Shown piece by piece: positions 40,699-52,897 of a DNA stretch of 64,000 nucleotides (position 1 is the first letter of the stretch; each line of letters begins with the position of its first letter). Both the position numbers and the translations under genes were made by a program. The notes under the pieces were generated by a model that saw nothing but the letters and a program-made list of their open reading frames with translations, did no database searches and was not told the DNA's origin. Source of the stretch: Prochlorococcus sp. AG-679-M23 (GTDB taxonomy: Bacteria; Cyanobacteriota; Cyanobacteriia; PCC-6307; Cyanobiaceae); assembly GCA_003208875.1 (NCBI GenBank), contig QCUR01000004.1:32001-96000 (forward strand). Reading direction: 5' to 3'.

Positions 40699-41427
40699 TT
40701 ATGAGGCACGAATTACACCTCTTTCAACTTGAGTAGGAACAATATCTAAACAATCAAGTTCAGAACAACACTTAAAATCATCTTCATAATCACCAAGACT
40801 TGTTAATCTTTTGCCGTGAGTTGCTGTCCTTAAACATTTTAAGATATCATTCTTCCAAACATTCCAAAGTGCTAATGAAGCTTGTAATTCATCATTAGAT
40901 ATATTTACATCAGAATTATAGTTTTCTTTAATATAATAGGCGAGGGCACCTGCTGCTAAAGAATCCTCTAGAGAATAGGACCCTTCCCATCCACTACCTA
41001 ATATAAGAACGTTTTTCTTATTTAAAGAAATTATCCTTTGAGCCACTGCTTTTCTATTTGGAAGAGACATTGCAAACAAATATTCTACATTTTGAACTCT
41101 CTTTAATGATTTAGTCCCATTAGTTGTACTCATAAATAGTCTTTTACCTTGAACTGTCTTTTTGGTTACAGATAATGGGGAGTTACCTAAATCAAAACCA
41201 TCAATCGTTTTCCCACCTCTTTCTGCGAGCATTACTCTTTTTTTACCGTCCCACTTTTTAGCAGTATCCTTTAATAAATTTAAATCAGAAAAAACTTGAA
41301 TTGAATCTGCCCCGTTTTTCAAAGCCCAAGAGATTGTTGTTGTTGCTCTTAAAACATCAATAACAACAGCAATATCAGAATCTGTTTCTGGAACATCATC
41401 TGCGACATGGTAATAAGAAAGATTAAT
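40699..41427 (-). CDS. comB: 2-phosphosulfolactate phosphatase family; probable ATT start
   Basis: The frame stays open upstream of the ORF-track start and encodes INLSYYHVADDVPETDSDIAVVIDVLRATTTI; also GNSP, TTNGT and SLED. Confidence 0.88.
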   Translation of the reverse strand: MNLSYYHVADDVPETDSDIAVVIDVLRATTTISWALKNGADSIQVFSDLNLLKDTAKKWDGKKRVMLAERGGKTIDGFDLGNSPLSVTKKTVQGKRLFMSTTNGTKSLKRVQNVEYLFAMSLPNRKAVAQRIISLNKKNVLILGSGWEGSYSLEDSLAAGALAYYIKENYNSDVNISNDELQASLALWNVWKNDILKCLRTATHGKRLTSLGDYEDDFKCCSELDCLDIVPTQVERGVIRAS

Positions 41428-41555
41428 AATAAGTTGCCATTCTACGATTATTATAGAAAACAGTTACTTAACTTTTAATATTTTTTTTTAAAAACAAACT
41501 TATTGATATTATGTACCTATGAAAAAATCTATAGAAATTAAACCAACTTATTAAT

Positions 41556-42872
41556 TTGAATACTAATCATATCCGCACCGTTAAAGGTGGAGGAAGTTTA
41601 CAAGGAACAATAAAAGTACCTGGAGATAAGTCGATCTCGCATAGATCTTTGATAATAGGAAGTATTGCAGAAGGTGACACAAATATTGAAGGGTTTTTAT
41701 ATTCTGAAGACCCACTTTCAACAGCAGATTGTCTTAGAAAATTGGGTGTAAATATTCCTAAAATAAAAAAGAATCAACCTTTTACCATAAAAGGTTTAGG
41801 TATTGATGGTTTTAAAGAACCTGAAGAAATTCTTGATTGCGGGAATTCAGGCACCACAATGAGGTTATTAATGGGTCTTTTGGCAGGACAAGAAGGTAGT
41901 AATTTTATCTTGACTGGGGACAAATCTCTTAATGAAAGACCAATGGGAAGAGTCAGCAAGCCATTATCACTTATGGGAGGCAAAATTTACGGTAGAAAAA
42001 ACGGGTCAAAAGCTCCTATTTCTATTACTGGGAATAGGCTAAAAGGTTGTGTAATTGGAACTCCAGTAGCAAGTGCTCAAGTTAAATCTGCGATATTATT
42101 AGCAGGGTTAAATGCCTCTGGAACTACTTCAGTTATTGAGCCTGCATCCTCGAGAGATCATACTGAAAGAATGCTTAAAGCATTTGGGGCCGACATAAAT
42201 ATAAGAGGAGAATTAGGAAGAAATATAGTAATAAAATCAGGTAATAATTTGACAGGTCAAAATATATTGATTCCAGGAGACATTAGCTCTGCAGCTTTCT
42301 GGATGATTGCCGCATCAATAGTACCAGAATCTGAAATTGTTATTAAAAATGTAGGGCTGAATCCAACGAGAACAGGGATATTGAATGTAATGGATGAAAT
42401 GGGATGCAACTATAAAATTATAGACAAATCTACAATTGCAGGAGAACCCATAGGTTCTATAAATGTAAAATATGTAAGTAATTTAAAACCTTTTAAAGTA
42501 GAAGGAGATATTCTTCCAAAACTTATAGATGAAATTCCAATCCTTACAGTAGCAGCTTGTTTTTGTGGTGGAGTTTCAGAAATTAAAGATGCAAAAGAAT
42601 TAAGAGTCAAAGAAACAGACCGATTAAAAGTTATGGCAACCCAACTAAAAAAATTTGGTGCGAATATTATAGAAAAGGAAGATGGTTTAATCATTAATGG
42701 TGATTCTAAGTTTCATTCTGCTGAAGTTGATAGTGAAACTGATCATCGAGTATCAATGAGCCTTGCTATTGCTTCACTTTTAGCTAAAGGCTCCTCAAAG
42801 ATTTTAAGAGCAGAGGCCTCTAGAGTTTCCTATCCAACTTTTTGGGACGATCTAGAAAAACTAATTAACTGA
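41556..42872 (+). CDS. aroA: EPSP synthase
   Basis: [24 protein letters not shown] and DHRVSMS. Confidence 0.97.
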   Translation: MNTNHIRTVKGGGSLQGTIKVPGDKSISHRSLIIGSIAEGDTNIEGFLYSEDPLSTADCLRKLGVNIPKIKKNQPFTIKGLGIDGFKEPEEILDCGNSGTTMRLLMGLLAGQEGSNFILTGDKSLNERPMGRVSKPLSLMGGKIYGRKNGSKAPISITGNRLKGCVIGTPVASAQVKSAILLAGLNASGTTSVIEPASSRDHTERMLKAFGADINIRGELGRNIVIKSGNNLTGQNILIPGDISSAAFWMIAASIVPESEIVIKNVGLNPTRTGILNVMDEMGCNYKIIDKSTIAGEPIGSINVKYVSNLKPFKVEGDILPKLIDEIPILTVAACFCGGVSEIKDAKELRVKETDRLKVMATQLKKFGANIIEKEDGLIINGDSKFHSAEVDSETDHRVSMSLAIASLLAKGSSKILRAEASRVSYPTFWDDLEKLIN

Positions 42873-42885
42873 TCCGAGAGAATTC

Positions 42886-43776
42886 TTGTCAGAATTAAAA
42901 GAGATCTTAACTAAAGACGGGAGTTTCACTCTAAGGAGTCATATTTTTCAAGAGAATTTTCATAGTCTAGAAGGAGCTCTAAAAGAAACTGAAATTAAGT
43001 TCATAAATCCCTCCGATTTAAAAAGATTTAACGATAAGTCTTTAAACGTTTTAGATATCTGCTTCGGTCTAGGATACAATTCAGCTTCATTATTTAATAA
43101 CCTTATTAGACAAAATTCTTTTATAAATTGGTACGCTTTAGAGATTGACAAAAAGCCTCTGAAGTATTCTTTAGAAAATAAATCATTTCAAAAGTTATGG
43201 CATCCAAAAGTTTTAAAAATATTTAAAGAATTATCAAAGAATTCTAAATATAAAGATCAATCTTTTGTATGTGATATTTTATGGGGCGATGCCAGAAAAA
43301 AAATAAAAAATATTCCTGCAAATATTAAATTCGATTTAATTTATTTAGATGGGTTTTCGCCTCAAAAATGTCCTCAAGTTTGGTCAGTTGAATTTCTATC
43401 AAAAGTGACTCAAAAACTTAATCCTCAAGGATATTTAATAACCTACTCTTGTTCAGCTGCGATAAGAAGAACATTAAAAGATTTTGGTTTGAACATTTTT
43501 AATATTAAGCCAAATTTAATCTCTAAAAATCTATGGAGTAACGGAACAATTGCGGTAAAAATTATTGACAAAAAAGCTATCCAAAATAATTTATATTTTA
43601 AAAATTTATCTTCGATGGAAGAGGAACATTTATTGACTAAAGCAAGTATCCCATATCGTGATCCTACTTTAAGTTCAAATAAAAAAGATATCATCCAAAA
43701 AAGAGTTCAAGAGCAATTGTTATCTAATCTAGAGACTTCAAAAAAATGGAGAGATAAATGGGGCATGACGAAATAG
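42886..43776 (+). CDS. MnmC-type (MnmD) SAM-dependent tRNA methyltransferase domain protein
   Basis: TKDGS, DICFGLGYN, YLDGFSPQKCP and TYS. Confidence 0.85.
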   Translation: MSELKEILTKDGSFTLRSHIFQENFHSLEGALKETEIKFINPSDLKRFNDKSLNVLDICFGLGYNSASLFNNLIRQNSFINWYALEIDKKPLKYSLENKSFQKLWHPKVLKIFKELSKNSKYKDQSFVCDILWGDARKKIKNIPANIKFDLIYLDGFSPQKCPQVWSVEFLSKVTQKLNPQGYLITYSCSAAIRRTLKDFGLNIFNIKPNLISKNLWSNGTIAVKIIDKKAIQNNLYFKNLSSMEEEHLLTKASIPYRDPTLSSNKKDIIQKRVQEQLLSNLETSKKWRDKWGMTK

Positions 43777-43816
43777 AACTTAAACAGTAAAATTTAGATA
43801 AATTATCTGAATAAAT

Positions 43817-45166
43817 ATGCTAACTGTTGCGATATTAGCTGCAGGTAAGGGTACTAGGATGGCGAGCACACTTCCAAAAGTATTACATAAATTATCTGGT
43901 AAAACTCTTCTTCAAAGAGTTATCAATTCTTGTAATGAATTAAAGCCAGATAAAATATTTATCATCGTTGGTCACAAATCAAAGGAGGTTGAAGATTCGG
44001 TACTTAAAAATAAAAACATTCACTTTATTGTTCAAAATCCTCAAAAAGGAACAGGACATGCTATTCAAGTTCTCTCTCAGCAAGTTAAAAAACATGACGG
44101 TAAATTAATGGTTCTTAATGGGGATGTGCCACTTATCAAAGCCGAAACTTTGAAAGGCCTTATCAAATATCATGAATCAAAAAAAGCCGATGTTTCCTTA
44201 ATAACTTCTAGAAAAAAAGATCCTCATGGATATGGAAGAGTATTTACTGAAAATAATTTAATTGAAAGGATAGTCGAAGAAAAAGATTGCAATAAACATG
44301 AACGTTCTAATTTATTGACGAATGCGGGAATTTACTGCTTTAGTTGGAAAAGTCTATCAAAGATAATTAATACTTTAAAAAGTAACAATAAACAAAAAGA
44401 AATCTATTTAACTGACACTATTGCCTTACTAAAAAATTCCTATAGCTTTGAAGTTGAAGACAATGGAGAACTTCAAGGAATTAATAATAGAGTTCAATTA
44501 TCAGAATGCGAAGAAACTATTCAAACCTTAATTAAAAAGAAACATATGCTTGGAGGAGTAACTATTATCAATCCAGCGAGTTGCACAATAAGTGAAGAGT
44601 CAATAATAGGTCTCGATGTAATAATCGAAGCAAATACTCATATAAGAGGAAATTCTAAAATTTCTAATAACTGTAAAATAGGCCCAAATTCTTTTATAAA
44701 AGATACGGTAATTCATGATAATTGCGAAATTATAAATTCAACGATTTTTAATTCCAAAATAATGGACCATGTAAAAATTGGTCCTTACAGTCAAATAAGA
44801 CCAAATTGTGAAATTTCTTCTCACAGCAAAATTGGAAATTTTGTTGAGATAAAAAATAGCAAATTAGATGAGGAAGTTAAGGTTAATCATCTTAGTTATA
44901 TTGGAGATTCTAAAGTTGGAAAATATACCAATATAGGAGCAGGAACTATTACAGCAAATTTTGATGGCGCCAAGAAATATCAAACAAATATTGGTAAAAA
45001 CTCTAGTATTGGAGCCAATACAGTTTTAATAGCGCCTATTAATCTTGGTGACTCAGTAACTACTGGAGCAGGCTCAGTGATTACTAAAGATTCTCAAAAT
45101 AATTCCTTAGCTATTGCGAGAAGCAAACAAGTAAATATTGAAAATTGGAAAAAAAACAAATCCTAA
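43817..45166 (+). CDS. glmU: Bifunctional GlmU
   Basis: LAAGKGTRM, hexapeptide repeats and HLSYIGD. Confidence 0.96.
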   Translation: MLTVAILAAGKGTRMASTLPKVLHKLSGKTLLQRVINSCNELKPDKIFIIVGHKSKEVEDSVLKNKNIHFIVQNPQKGTGHAIQVLSQQVKKHDGKLMVLNGDVPLIKAETLKGLIKYHESKKADVSLITSRKKDPHGYGRVFTENNLIERIVEEKDCNKHERSNLLTNAGIYCFSWKSLSKIINTLKSNNKQKEIYLTDTIALLKNSYSFEVEDNGELQGINNRVQLSECEETIQTLIKKKHMLGGVTIINPASCTISEESIIGLDVIIEANTHIRGNSKISNNCKIGPNSFIKDTVIHDNCEIINSTIFNSKIMDHVKIGPYSQIRPNCEISSHSKIGNFVEIKNSKLDEEVKVNHLSYIGDSKVGKYTNIGAGTITANFDGAKKYQTNIGKNSSIGANTVLIAPINLGDSVTTGAGSVITKDSQNNSLAIARSKQVNIENWKKNKS

Positions 45167-45168
45167 AA

Positions 45169-46539
45169 TTAATCAATTGATTTAATAACTTTTTCAAGCT
45201 GCCAACAACGGCTACCTTTAATAAGGATGAAATCGCCCTTTTTTGTATATTTATTTATAGTTTCACCAACTTTGTTTATCTCATTAAGGAATAAAAATTT
45301 AGTACTATTTTTTAAATAATCTGCATAATAGATTTCTTCATTTTTATCACAAATAAAAATACATTTTTTTATGTCTGATCTATTTATTAAGTCAAAAAGA
45401 TACTTATGGTATTTTTTACTTTTATTACCTAATTCCTGCATACTACCAAAAATTAAAAAATGATTATTTGGATTATCTAATAAATTATCAATACATGCTT
45501 TTACTGATTCTGGAGAAGCGTTATAGGTTTCATCATATATAGTTGTTTTGGTTGATTTCAGGATTTTATTCCTTCCGTTTAAACTGACAAAATTAAATTT
45601 GTTAGTATTTTTGAATTCTATTCCTAACTCTTTTGCAACCGCATACACAAATAAAAAATTAAATGCATTGTGAAAACCTTGAAAAGATATTTCAAAGATT
45701 TTACCTTCTATGATTACAGAATTATTAGATCTATTAAAAAATCCTTGTAAATTACTTTTATTAATACTCCGAGCTTTTTGATTTCTATCTATTAGTTCTA
45801 CTTTAATAATTCTTCCATTCCAATTTTTTTTTAAAGTTTCCTCTAAAAGCAAATCATTTGCAGGAATAATTACAACGCCCTTTGGGTTTAAATGTTTAGT
45901 TATTTCGCATTTTGCATTAGTGATATTTTCTTTTGAGCCTAGTATTCCAATATGTGAGCTTCCAATATTTGTAATAACTGCGATATCAGGTTCAGAAAAT
46001 TTGGACAAATTTTCAATCTGCCCAAGGCCTCTCATTCCCATCTCAAGTATTAAAGTTTTATCTTTCAAGTCAGAATCAAGTATGGTGAGGCCTACCCCAA
46101 TTTCATTATTAAAATTTAACTGACTTAATTTAATTTTCCCTAATTGCTTTAAAACCTCTCCCATCATTTCTTTTGTAGTTGTTTTACCAACTGATCCTGT
46201 AATTCCTACAACAGGTATATTTAATTTTCTTCTTTTAAATAATGCTAATTTCTGAAAAGCCTCTAAAGTATCTGGAACGGTCCAAAAAGGGAACTTATTA
46301 GGTAATAAATTCTGCATCCCATCTTTAATTACAACAGCTTTTCCTCCTTTTTTTATAACCTCATTAAGAAAATTATGTCCATCAAAATTTGTACCTTTTA
46401 TAGCAATAAAAAGTTCGCAACTTAATATTGTACGACTATCTAGACTTATATTTTTAAAACTTTGAAATTGATTTGTAAGATTATCCCAATTTTTTATATT
46501 ACCTAAAATCTTATTAACATCAGGTACAGAAAAATCCAT
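45169..46539 (-). CDS. murF: UDP-MurNAc-tripeptide-D-Ala-D-Ala ligase
   Basis: ITGSVGKTTTKE, NNEIG, YNASPES and KGSR. Confidence 0.94.
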   Translation of the reverse strand: MDFSVPDVNKILGNIKNWDNLTNQFQSFKNISLDSRTILSCELFIAIKGTNFDGHNFLNEVIKKGGKAVVIKDGMQNLLPNKFPFWTVPDTLEAFQKLALFKRRKLNIPVVGITGSVGKTTTKEMMGEVLKQLGKIKLSQLNFNNEIGVGLTILDSDLKDKTLILEMGMRGLGQIENLSKFSEPDIAVITNIGSSHIGILGSKENITNAKCEITKHLNPKGVVIIPANDLLLEETLKKNWNGRIIKVELIDRNQKARSINKSNLQGFFNRSNNSVIIEGKIFEISFQGFHNAFNFLFVYAVAKELGIEFKNTNKFNFVSLNGRNKILKSTKTTIYDETYNASPESVKACIDNLLDNPNNHFLIFGSMQELGNKSKKYHKYLFDLINRSDIKKCIFICDKNEEIYYADYLKNSTKFLFLNEINKVGETINKYTKKGDFILIKGSRCWQLEKVIKSID

Positions 46540-46550
46540 TAAAACTTAGA

Positions 46551-48002
46551 TCACATTTTTTTAAGAGAAGGATCAGCAGATTGCCCATAAGAAAATTTTT
46601 CAATTTCAGCAATATCTGGAGATGGCGCCTTTATGCCACATACATCTTTATACATCGATTCATATTCTAATGCCGATCTCTGCCAACTAAATTCTTGACT
46701 CATAGCTCTGAGCTGTAATGATTTCCAACTTTCTTTATGCCTAAATGCCTCCCACGATCTTACTAGAGCAGTATAAAAGTCAATCGGTTCAAATCGATCA
46801 AAACAAAAACCTGTACCACTATTATTTTCTGGATCATGAGGCAAAACAGTATCAACCAAGCCTCCAACTCTTCTTACTATTGGAATTGATCCATATCTCA
46901 TAGCAAGTAATTGACTGATGCCGCAGGGTTCAAATCGGCTTGGCATTAAGAATGCATCAGATCCTCCATATATAAGTCTTGATAAAGAATCATCATAAGT
47001 AAGAAATACTGAAAATCTTCCAGGATAATCTAAGGCTAATTGCCATAATCCAGATTCTAAAGATCTATCGCCTGTACCTAGAATAGCAATTTGAGAATCT
47101 GTATATGCGAGTAATCTTCGGGAAACTTGCAAAACCAAATCAACACCTTTTTGGTCCACTAGCCTACTTACCATACCTAAAAGATATTTTTTACTATTGA
47201 CCTCAAGACCCATTTCTTTCTGAAGAATAATCTTATTTTCTGATCTACTTTCTAAATTTTTAATATTGAATTGTGCAGGTAACACTTTATCTTTATCAGG
47301 ATCCCATTCATTTAGATCAATCCCGTTGAGGATACCTCTTAATTTCCCAGAAATATAATTCAATAAGCCCTCAAGACTTTCTCCATACTCATGAGTTTTT
47401 ATCTCATCAGCATATGTTGGAGAAACTGCATTAACTCTATCTGCGTATAACATTGCAGCAGCCATTGTATGATCTCCATGCATATACCATGGACACCAGG
47501 TCATTTTTTCAAGCTTCCATCTCCATGGTCCTTGATATTTTAAATTATGTATCGTAAAAACAGTACTTACTTCAGGATCTTGATGCATCCATACTGGAAT
47601 CATACCCGTGTGCCAATCATGGCAATGTAGAACTTGGGGCTTCCAACAATTCCAGGAAAATTCAGCAGTAGCACTAGCAAAAAATGTAAATCGCCAATCT
47701 TCATCTTCTCCTCCATATATTTGGCCCGAATCAAAAGTTGGATGTCCAACTAGGTAGATTACGTAATTATGTATTGGATGGTTTGCTTCATACACAGAGA
47801 AATCATTTCCCATAGTATTTGCTCTAAATACTGGTTCGCTTGATACTTCTAGTAGATTCCATAATTTACCATAGCCAGGGATTATAACTCTTACATCGTG
47901 ACCAAGTTTTATCAATGAGGGTGGTAATGAACCAACTACATCTCCCATGCCCCCAACTTTGATCATTGGAGCGCATTCAGCAGCAGCAAGAAGAATTCTC
48001 AT
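46551..48002 (-). CDS. glgA: Glycogen synthase
   Basis: [14 protein letters not shown] and PSRFEPCG; start set to ATG 48002. Confidence 0.96.
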   Translation of the reverse strand: MRILLAAAECAPMIKVGGMGDVVGSLPPSLIKLGHDVRVIIPGYGKLWNLLEVSSEPVFRANTMGNDFSVYEANHPIHNYVIYLVGHPTFDSGQIYGGEDEDWRFTFFASATAEFSWNCWKPQVLHCHDWHTGMIPVWMHQDPEVSTVFTIHNLKYQGPWRWKLEKMTWCPWYMHGDHTMAAAMLYADRVNAVSPTYADEIKTHEYGESLEGLLNYISGKLRGILNGIDLNEWDPDKDKVLPAQFNIKNLESRSENKIILQKEMGLEVNSKKYLLGMVSRLVDQKGVDLVLQVSRRLLAYTDSQIAILGTGDRSLESGLWQLALDYPGRFSVFLTYDDSLSRLIYGGSDAFLMPSRFEPCGISQLLAMRYGSIPIVRRVGGLVDTVLPHDPENNSGTGFCFDRFEPIDFYTALVRSWEAFRHKESWKSLQLRAMSQEFSWQRSALEYESMYKDVCGIKAPSPDIAEIEKFSYGQSADPSLKKM

Positions 48003-48045
48003 TAGATTATTTATTATAAAAAGTGCTTTTAAGAGTAAGAAGCTA

Positions 48046-48903
48046 TTAAGGAGTCCATCCGTAATCAGAAAAATCAGGTGGCCTTTTCTCAAGGAAGGCA
48101 TCTCTGCCCTCTTTTGCTTCATCCGTCGAATAAAATAACTGAGTTGTGTACCCAGATAATTCTTGAATACCTGCTATTCCATCACACTCAGCATTAAATG
48201 ACGCCTTAAGTATTCGAATAGCAGTTGGACTATTTCGTAGAATCTCTCTTGCCCAGATTACACCCTCAGCTTCTAATTCTTCAATCTTTGTAATCGCATT
48301 TACCAATCCCATTTCTAAGGCTTCTTTAGAATTATATTTTCTACACAAAAACCAAATTTCTCTTGCCTTTCTTTGTCCCACCAATCTTGCTAAATAGCTT
48401 GATCCAAATCCTGCATCAAAGCTCCCAACTCTAGGACCTGTTTGTCCAAATATTGCATTTTCAGACGCAATACTTAGATCACAAACAAGCTGTAGAACTT
48501 GCCCTCCCCCTATTGCGAAACCGGGCACTAAAGCTATAACCACTTTAGGTAAAGTTTTTATTAACCTTTGCAATTCCAATACATTTAGTCTTTGATTACC
48601 CTCATCATCTTCGTATCCATTTTGACCTCTAATACTTTGATCCCCTCCTGAACAAAACGAAAACACCCCTCTTTTATCTGGACCTGCACCTGTTAGAAGT
48701 ACAACTCCGATCTTCTCATCGTTTCTAACAAGATTGAAAGCATCTAACATCTCACAAATCGTTTTTGGACGAAATGCGTTTCTTTTCTCAGGTCGATTAA
48801 TTGCGATTCTTGCTATCCCATCTCCACTATTATGAAACAAGATATCTTCATAGGATTTCCATTCTGTCCAATTTGAGTTAGTTTTTCCAGGTAAAATTTT
48901 CAT
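48046..48903 (-). CDS. menB: 1,4-dihydroxy-2-naphthoyl-CoA synthase
   Basis: NAFRP, FCSGGDQ and VGSFDAG. Confidence 0.96.
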   Translation of the reverse strand: MKILPGKTNSNWTEWKSYEDILFHNSGDGIARIAINRPEKRNAFRPKTICEMLDAFNLVRNDEKIGVVLLTGAGPDKRGVFSFCSGGDQSIRGQNGYEDDEGNQRLNVLELQRLIKTLPKVVIALVPGFAIGGGQVLQLVCDLSIASENAIFGQTGPRVGSFDAGFGSSYLARLVGQRKAREIWFLCRKYNSKEALEMGLVNAITKIEELEAEGVIWAREILRNSPTAIRILKASFNAECDGIAGIQELSGYTTQLFYSTDEAKEGRDAFLEKRPPDFSDYGWTP

Positions 48904-48933
48904 AGATTTAGATAGTTTGAAAAAGTAAATTCA

Positions 48934-50700
48934 TTAACTTGTGAGAATTTTTTTTAAGATTAAATTTCTTCCTTTCATTTCATTTTCAACATTAATATCG
49001 ACTTTAATTATTACTGATTTTTGCATAGAAAGGCTCCATTCAAAAGCTTCTCTTAATTTATTCAAATCTGAAACATTTTTAATTGGTACTTGATAACCTT
49101 TTGCTAGGTTTTCCCAATTTATAGATTTAGGCATTATGAAAAGTTTCTTTAATTCCTCTTCTTCTAAATTATATTTATATAAATTATTAAATATATTTCC
49201 ACCATTATTGTTGATTAATAAGATAGTTAAATTTAATTCAATTGCATTTTCAATGAGGAACCCATTGATATCATGAATTAATGCCAAATCTCCAGTTACC
49301 AGAAGTACAGGTTTAGTTATTCTTGCAATACCTAAAGCAAGTGATAAAGTTCCATCTATACCTGAAGCCCCTCTGAAGCTAAAACATTCCCTTGTTAAAG
49401 TCGCATTTTCAGAGAATGTTAGCCAATCTCTAATAGGACTGCTAGCTGAGAGCATAATAGGATAATTTTCTGGCCAAATTTTTGGTACAAAATTTGCAAG
49501 TTTATATTCTGTTATTTCAGTATTTGAAAATAGTTGTTCTTTTAAAATTTCTCTTATTTTTGCCCCTTCTTTGATTAAGATTTTTCCCAAATTGATTAAA
49601 GGTTTACTCTTGTTTTTATCATTTGAAAATGCTCCTAAAAGTTGGTTAACAAAATTTCTTATTCCAAAATCATATTCTAAAGATTTTTTTATAGGATCTA
49701 GTTTTCTTATATTATTTTCTTTTACAAGAATTTGTAACCCTTCAAAATTTAATAAAAAATCCTCTAAATCATTAGAAGACGAAAGAGGACCAAGCCTCAA
49801 GATCTGATCACATTGAATAATATTTTTATTTGTTTTAAGAATTAATTCCCAATTTTCAACTAAACCTCTCAATTCAGCTGAAACGCCTGAAACAGGATCA
49901 ACAAGAACAGGCCATCCTGTAATTTCTTGTAATTTTTTTAAAGCACTATTAAAAGAATCCAAATCTTTAGTAGAACCCTGATATGGGCCAACAATAATAA
50001 TTCCAGGATTAGACAGATTTATCCTTTTAAAAAATTTTTCAGAAAATTTAATATTTTTGTTCTGATTATCATGTTTTAAGAATTGATAGGTTTTATTTAA
50101 ATAAAATCTTTCAAAAACCTCGAAATTCTTTTTTTTATTATTCAAAGATATATCTAAAGGTTTTTCAAATGGAATATTTAAATGAATAGGTCCAGGCGAT
50201 TGGAGTATTTGTTTTTTTATAGTTTTTACTATTTTCAAAATGTCATCATCATTATTTTCATGAATTCCATTTAAATTAGTACTCAAATTACTTCTACAAA
50301 CTGAATTCAAAAATTCCTCTTGATTTACTGTTTGATTAGAACCACAATTTTTTAACCTTGAAGGTCTATCAGCTGTTATAAATACAATTGATTTACATGA
50401 TTTATCTGCTTCAATGGCCGCAGGCAATAAATTACCAACTGCAGTTCCAGATGTCGTAACAACTAATGAAACATCTCCAGATGCAGTAGAAATTCCAAGT
50501 GAATGAAACCCAGCAGATCTCTCGTCTATGGAATTAAATACATTTAAGATCCTACGTTTATTTAACTCTCCTGCGGCTATTGCTAAAGGAGCTGATCTAC
50601 TGCCTGGACATAAAATTAAATTTTTAACCCCTATTTTTGTAAAAAGATCTAAAAGTTGTAAACTTCTAAAGAAATTTTGGCATTCTATAGATGATGTCAT
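48934..50700 (-). CDS. menD: SEPHCHC synthase
   Basis: [24 protein letters not shown] and GD...NNNGG. Confidence 0.95.
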   Translation of the reverse strand: MTSSIECQNFFRSLQLLDLFTKIGVKNLILCPGSRSAPLAIAAGELNKRRILNVFNSIDERSAGFHSLGISTASGDVSLVVTTSGTAVGNLLPAAIEADKSCKSIVFITADRPSRLKNCGSNQTVNQEEFLNSVCRSNLSTNLNGIHENNDDDILKIVKTIKKQILQSPGPIHLNIPFEKPLDISLNNKKKNFEVFERFYLNKTYQFLKHDNQNKNIKFSEKFFKRINLSNPGIIIVGPYQGSTKDLDSFNSALKKLQEITGWPVLVDPVSGVSAELRGLVENWELILKTNKNIIQCDQILRLGPLSSSNDLEDFLLNFEGLQILVKENNIRKLDPIKKSLEYDFGIRNFVNQLLGAFSNDKNKSKPLINLGKILIKEGAKIREILKEQLFSNTEITEYKLANFVPKIWPENYPIMLSASSPIRDWLTFSENATLTRECFSFRGASGIDGTLSLALGIARITKPVLLVTGDLALIHDINGFLIENAIELNLTILLINNNGGNIFNNLYKYNLEEEELKKLFIMPKSINWENLAKGYQVPIKNVSDLNKLREAFEWSLSMQKSVIIKVDINVENEMKGRNLILKKILTS

Positions 50701-50751
50701 AATTTATATAAATACTTTAGAAATTCCTTTTTACAAATAAATAATTAAACA

Positions 50752-51336
50752 ATGCAAAATCCAGAAGGGAAAAAAAGTTCAATAATAAATGATTTTAAAA
50801 ATCTTTTTATTTGGATAATAATTGCTTTAATTATACGATGGCAAGTAATCGAACCAAGGTGGATTCCCTCAGGATCTATGCTCCCGACCCTTCAAATCCA
50901 AGACAAAATATTAGTTGAAAAGTTAACTCCAAAAATCACTTCTAAATCAAACTTATCTAAATTAAAAAATAAAATCATTGTTTTTAATGTTCCAGAACAA
51001 TTAATTGAAGCTGGGTATGAATCAGATATTGCGTTAATCAAAAGGGTAATTGGGGTCCCTGGAGACAAAATAGAAGTAAAAGAAGGTAATTTATATTTAA
51101 ATGATATTGCTCAAAATAATTATATTTCTGATAAGAACATCAACTATTCAATAGGTCCATATTATGTTCCTGAGAAATCACTATGGGTAATGGGAGATAA
51201 CAGAAATAACAGTATGGATTCACATATATGGGGATTTCTTCCTTATGAAAAAGTAATAGGAAAGGCTATTTTTAGATATTGGCCATTAAATAAAATTGGG
51301 CCTATTCGGTTCCCTGGTCTTAATAATGTAGGTTAA
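50752..51336 (+). CDS. lepB: Signal peptidase I
   Basis: PSGSMLPTL, IKRVIG and GDNRNNSMDS. Confidence 0.95.
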   Translation: MQNPEGKKSSIINDFKNLFIWIIIALIIRWQVIEPRWIPSGSMLPTLQIQDKILVEKLTPKITSKSNLSKLKNKIIVFNVPEQLIEAGYESDIALIKRVIGVPGDKIEVKEGNLYLNDIAQNNYISDKNINYSIGPYYVPEKSLWVMGDNRNNSMDSHIWGFLPYEKVIGKAIFRYWPLNKIGPIRFPGLNNVG

Positions 51337-51381
51337 AGGGTTCATGGTGTTGTAGGGTTTTTATAAGTTGAAGATGCATAA

Positions 51382-51720
51382 ATGTTCAATCCTGAATTTC
51401 TAGCTACTGAAAATAATGATCCAAATGATGAGAATGATTTGATTCAATACCTACAAAAACAGTCTCCAGAAGTTTTGCAGAGAGTAGCCAAATCGGCTAG
51501 TGAAGATATTCAAGAAATAATAAGGCACAATGTTCAAGGTCTCCTAGGGATGTTGCCATCTGATCAATTTGATGTAAAAATAACATCTTCAAAAGATAAT
51601 ATCGCTAATTTACTTTCTTCTGCAATGATGACAGGATATTTCTTGAGACAAATGGAGCAAAGGAAAGAGCTTGAACAATCACTAAAAAGTGATGAAGAAA
51701 TGTCCATTGAGGAAGAGTAA
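51382..51720 (+). CDS. DUF760-family protein
   Basis: GLLGMLP...SAMMTGYFLRQMEQR. Confidence 0.85.
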   Translation: MFNPEFLATENNDPNDENDLIQYLQKQSPEVLQRVAKSASEDIQEIIRHNVQGLLGMLPSDQFDVKITSSKDNIANLLSSAMMTGYFLRQMEQRKELEQSLKSDEEMSIEEE

Positions 51721-51724
51721 ATCT

Positions 51725-52891
51725 CTAAACATTTACTTTTTTTGGAATTATCCCTAATTCAAATAATTTTTTATATAAATTAACAAGGAATTTATTATCA
51801 TCTGGTAATTTATTCCATTTATCTGAATTAATTTCATCTATTAAATTCTGACAATTTTCTTCTTTGAAATTAATAGGGGCAGAATAATGAGCTGATATCA
51901 AATATTCCATGTTTTCATAAGTTTTAATTTTTTCTAGCCATCCAAGAAGTACTTGTTTTGATCTAGGAAATATTAAATTTTGCAAAACAGGAGCAATCTG
52001 AATTTTTGGAACATTTTCACCCATTATTTCAACCAAAGATGATTCCCAATCTTCATCCCATAAAAAAGGGTAAATTCCAAAATGTGATTTCTTATTTCGA
52101 AGACCTTCTTTAAAAGAGTATTTGATAATTTGTTTCAGAGAGGGAATATTTAATTTTCCTGGTTTTAAAAAGGATGAAAATAATACAATTCTTGCCCAAC
52201 CTTTTTTTCTAGATTCAACGTTATCAAGAATAGGTTCATCGCCTCTATCTCTCGAATGAAATAATAAAGGGGTTGGGTCGAAGTCAAATATTTCTGGAGG
52301 CGTTGATTCGATGCCAACTATTGCGTCTGTAACATGTAGTGTCCTTGTTGAAAGATGAAAACAACTCACCTCCTGGTATGTTCCAAGTCCTAAATTTAAA
52401 GGCCCTAATGAAGACCATTTAAAACATTCTTTATAAGGAGTTCCATCTTTAAAAAGTATCTTTGTCCGCTTCGACGGGATTCCAAGAAAATCTAAAGGAA
52501 GATTAATAGGAAAACTCCATTGGCCAGGACATAACCAAATCTCAGCATCCTTGAAAACTCTAACTAATGCTGGCAATCCAATTTTATGTTCTAATCCAGA
52601 AGCACTAGGGAGCACAATTGTTTTTACTTTTCCATAAATGGAAATTAATTCTTCTAATGCATTTACAAGTTCCTTCGTAGGGGGTAAAGGGTTAATTAGC
52701 ATTAGTCCATTATTAACCTTAATTATTGTCATTCTGATTGGCACTGCAACATAATATAAACCCTGAATCTGTTCCAAGGACCATATTTCGTTAGGAATTA
52801 TTTCTCTAAGAATAGTTTTCTTTTTTCCATACGGATATAGGGGAAATAAAGGCCACCAATTCCAACTTTTATTATTTAGGTAATTTTCCAT
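51725..52891 (-). CDS. DUF4336-family protein
   Basis: WWPLFPLYPYG, GLEHK and LHVTDA. Confidence 0.82.
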   Translation of the reverse strand: MENYLNNKSWNWWPLFPLYPYGKKKTILREIIPNEIWSLEQIQGLYYVAVPIRMTIIKVNNGLMLINPLPPTKELVNALEELISIYGKVKTIVLPSASGLEHKIGLPALVRVFKDAEIWLCPGQWSFPINLPLDFLGIPSKRTKILFKDGTPYKECFKWSSLGPLNLGLGTYQEVSCFHLSTRTLHVTDAIVGIESTPPEIFDFDPTPLLFHSRDRGDEPILDNVESRKKGWARIVLFSSFLKPGKLNIPSLKQIIKYSFKEGLRNKKSHFGIYPFLWDEDWESSLVEIMGENVPKIQIAPVLQNLIFPRSKQVLLGWLEKIKTYENMEYLISAHYSAPINFKEENCQNLIDEINSDKWNKLPDDNKFLVNLYKKLFELGIIPKKVNV

Positions 52892-52897
52892 TTTTCA

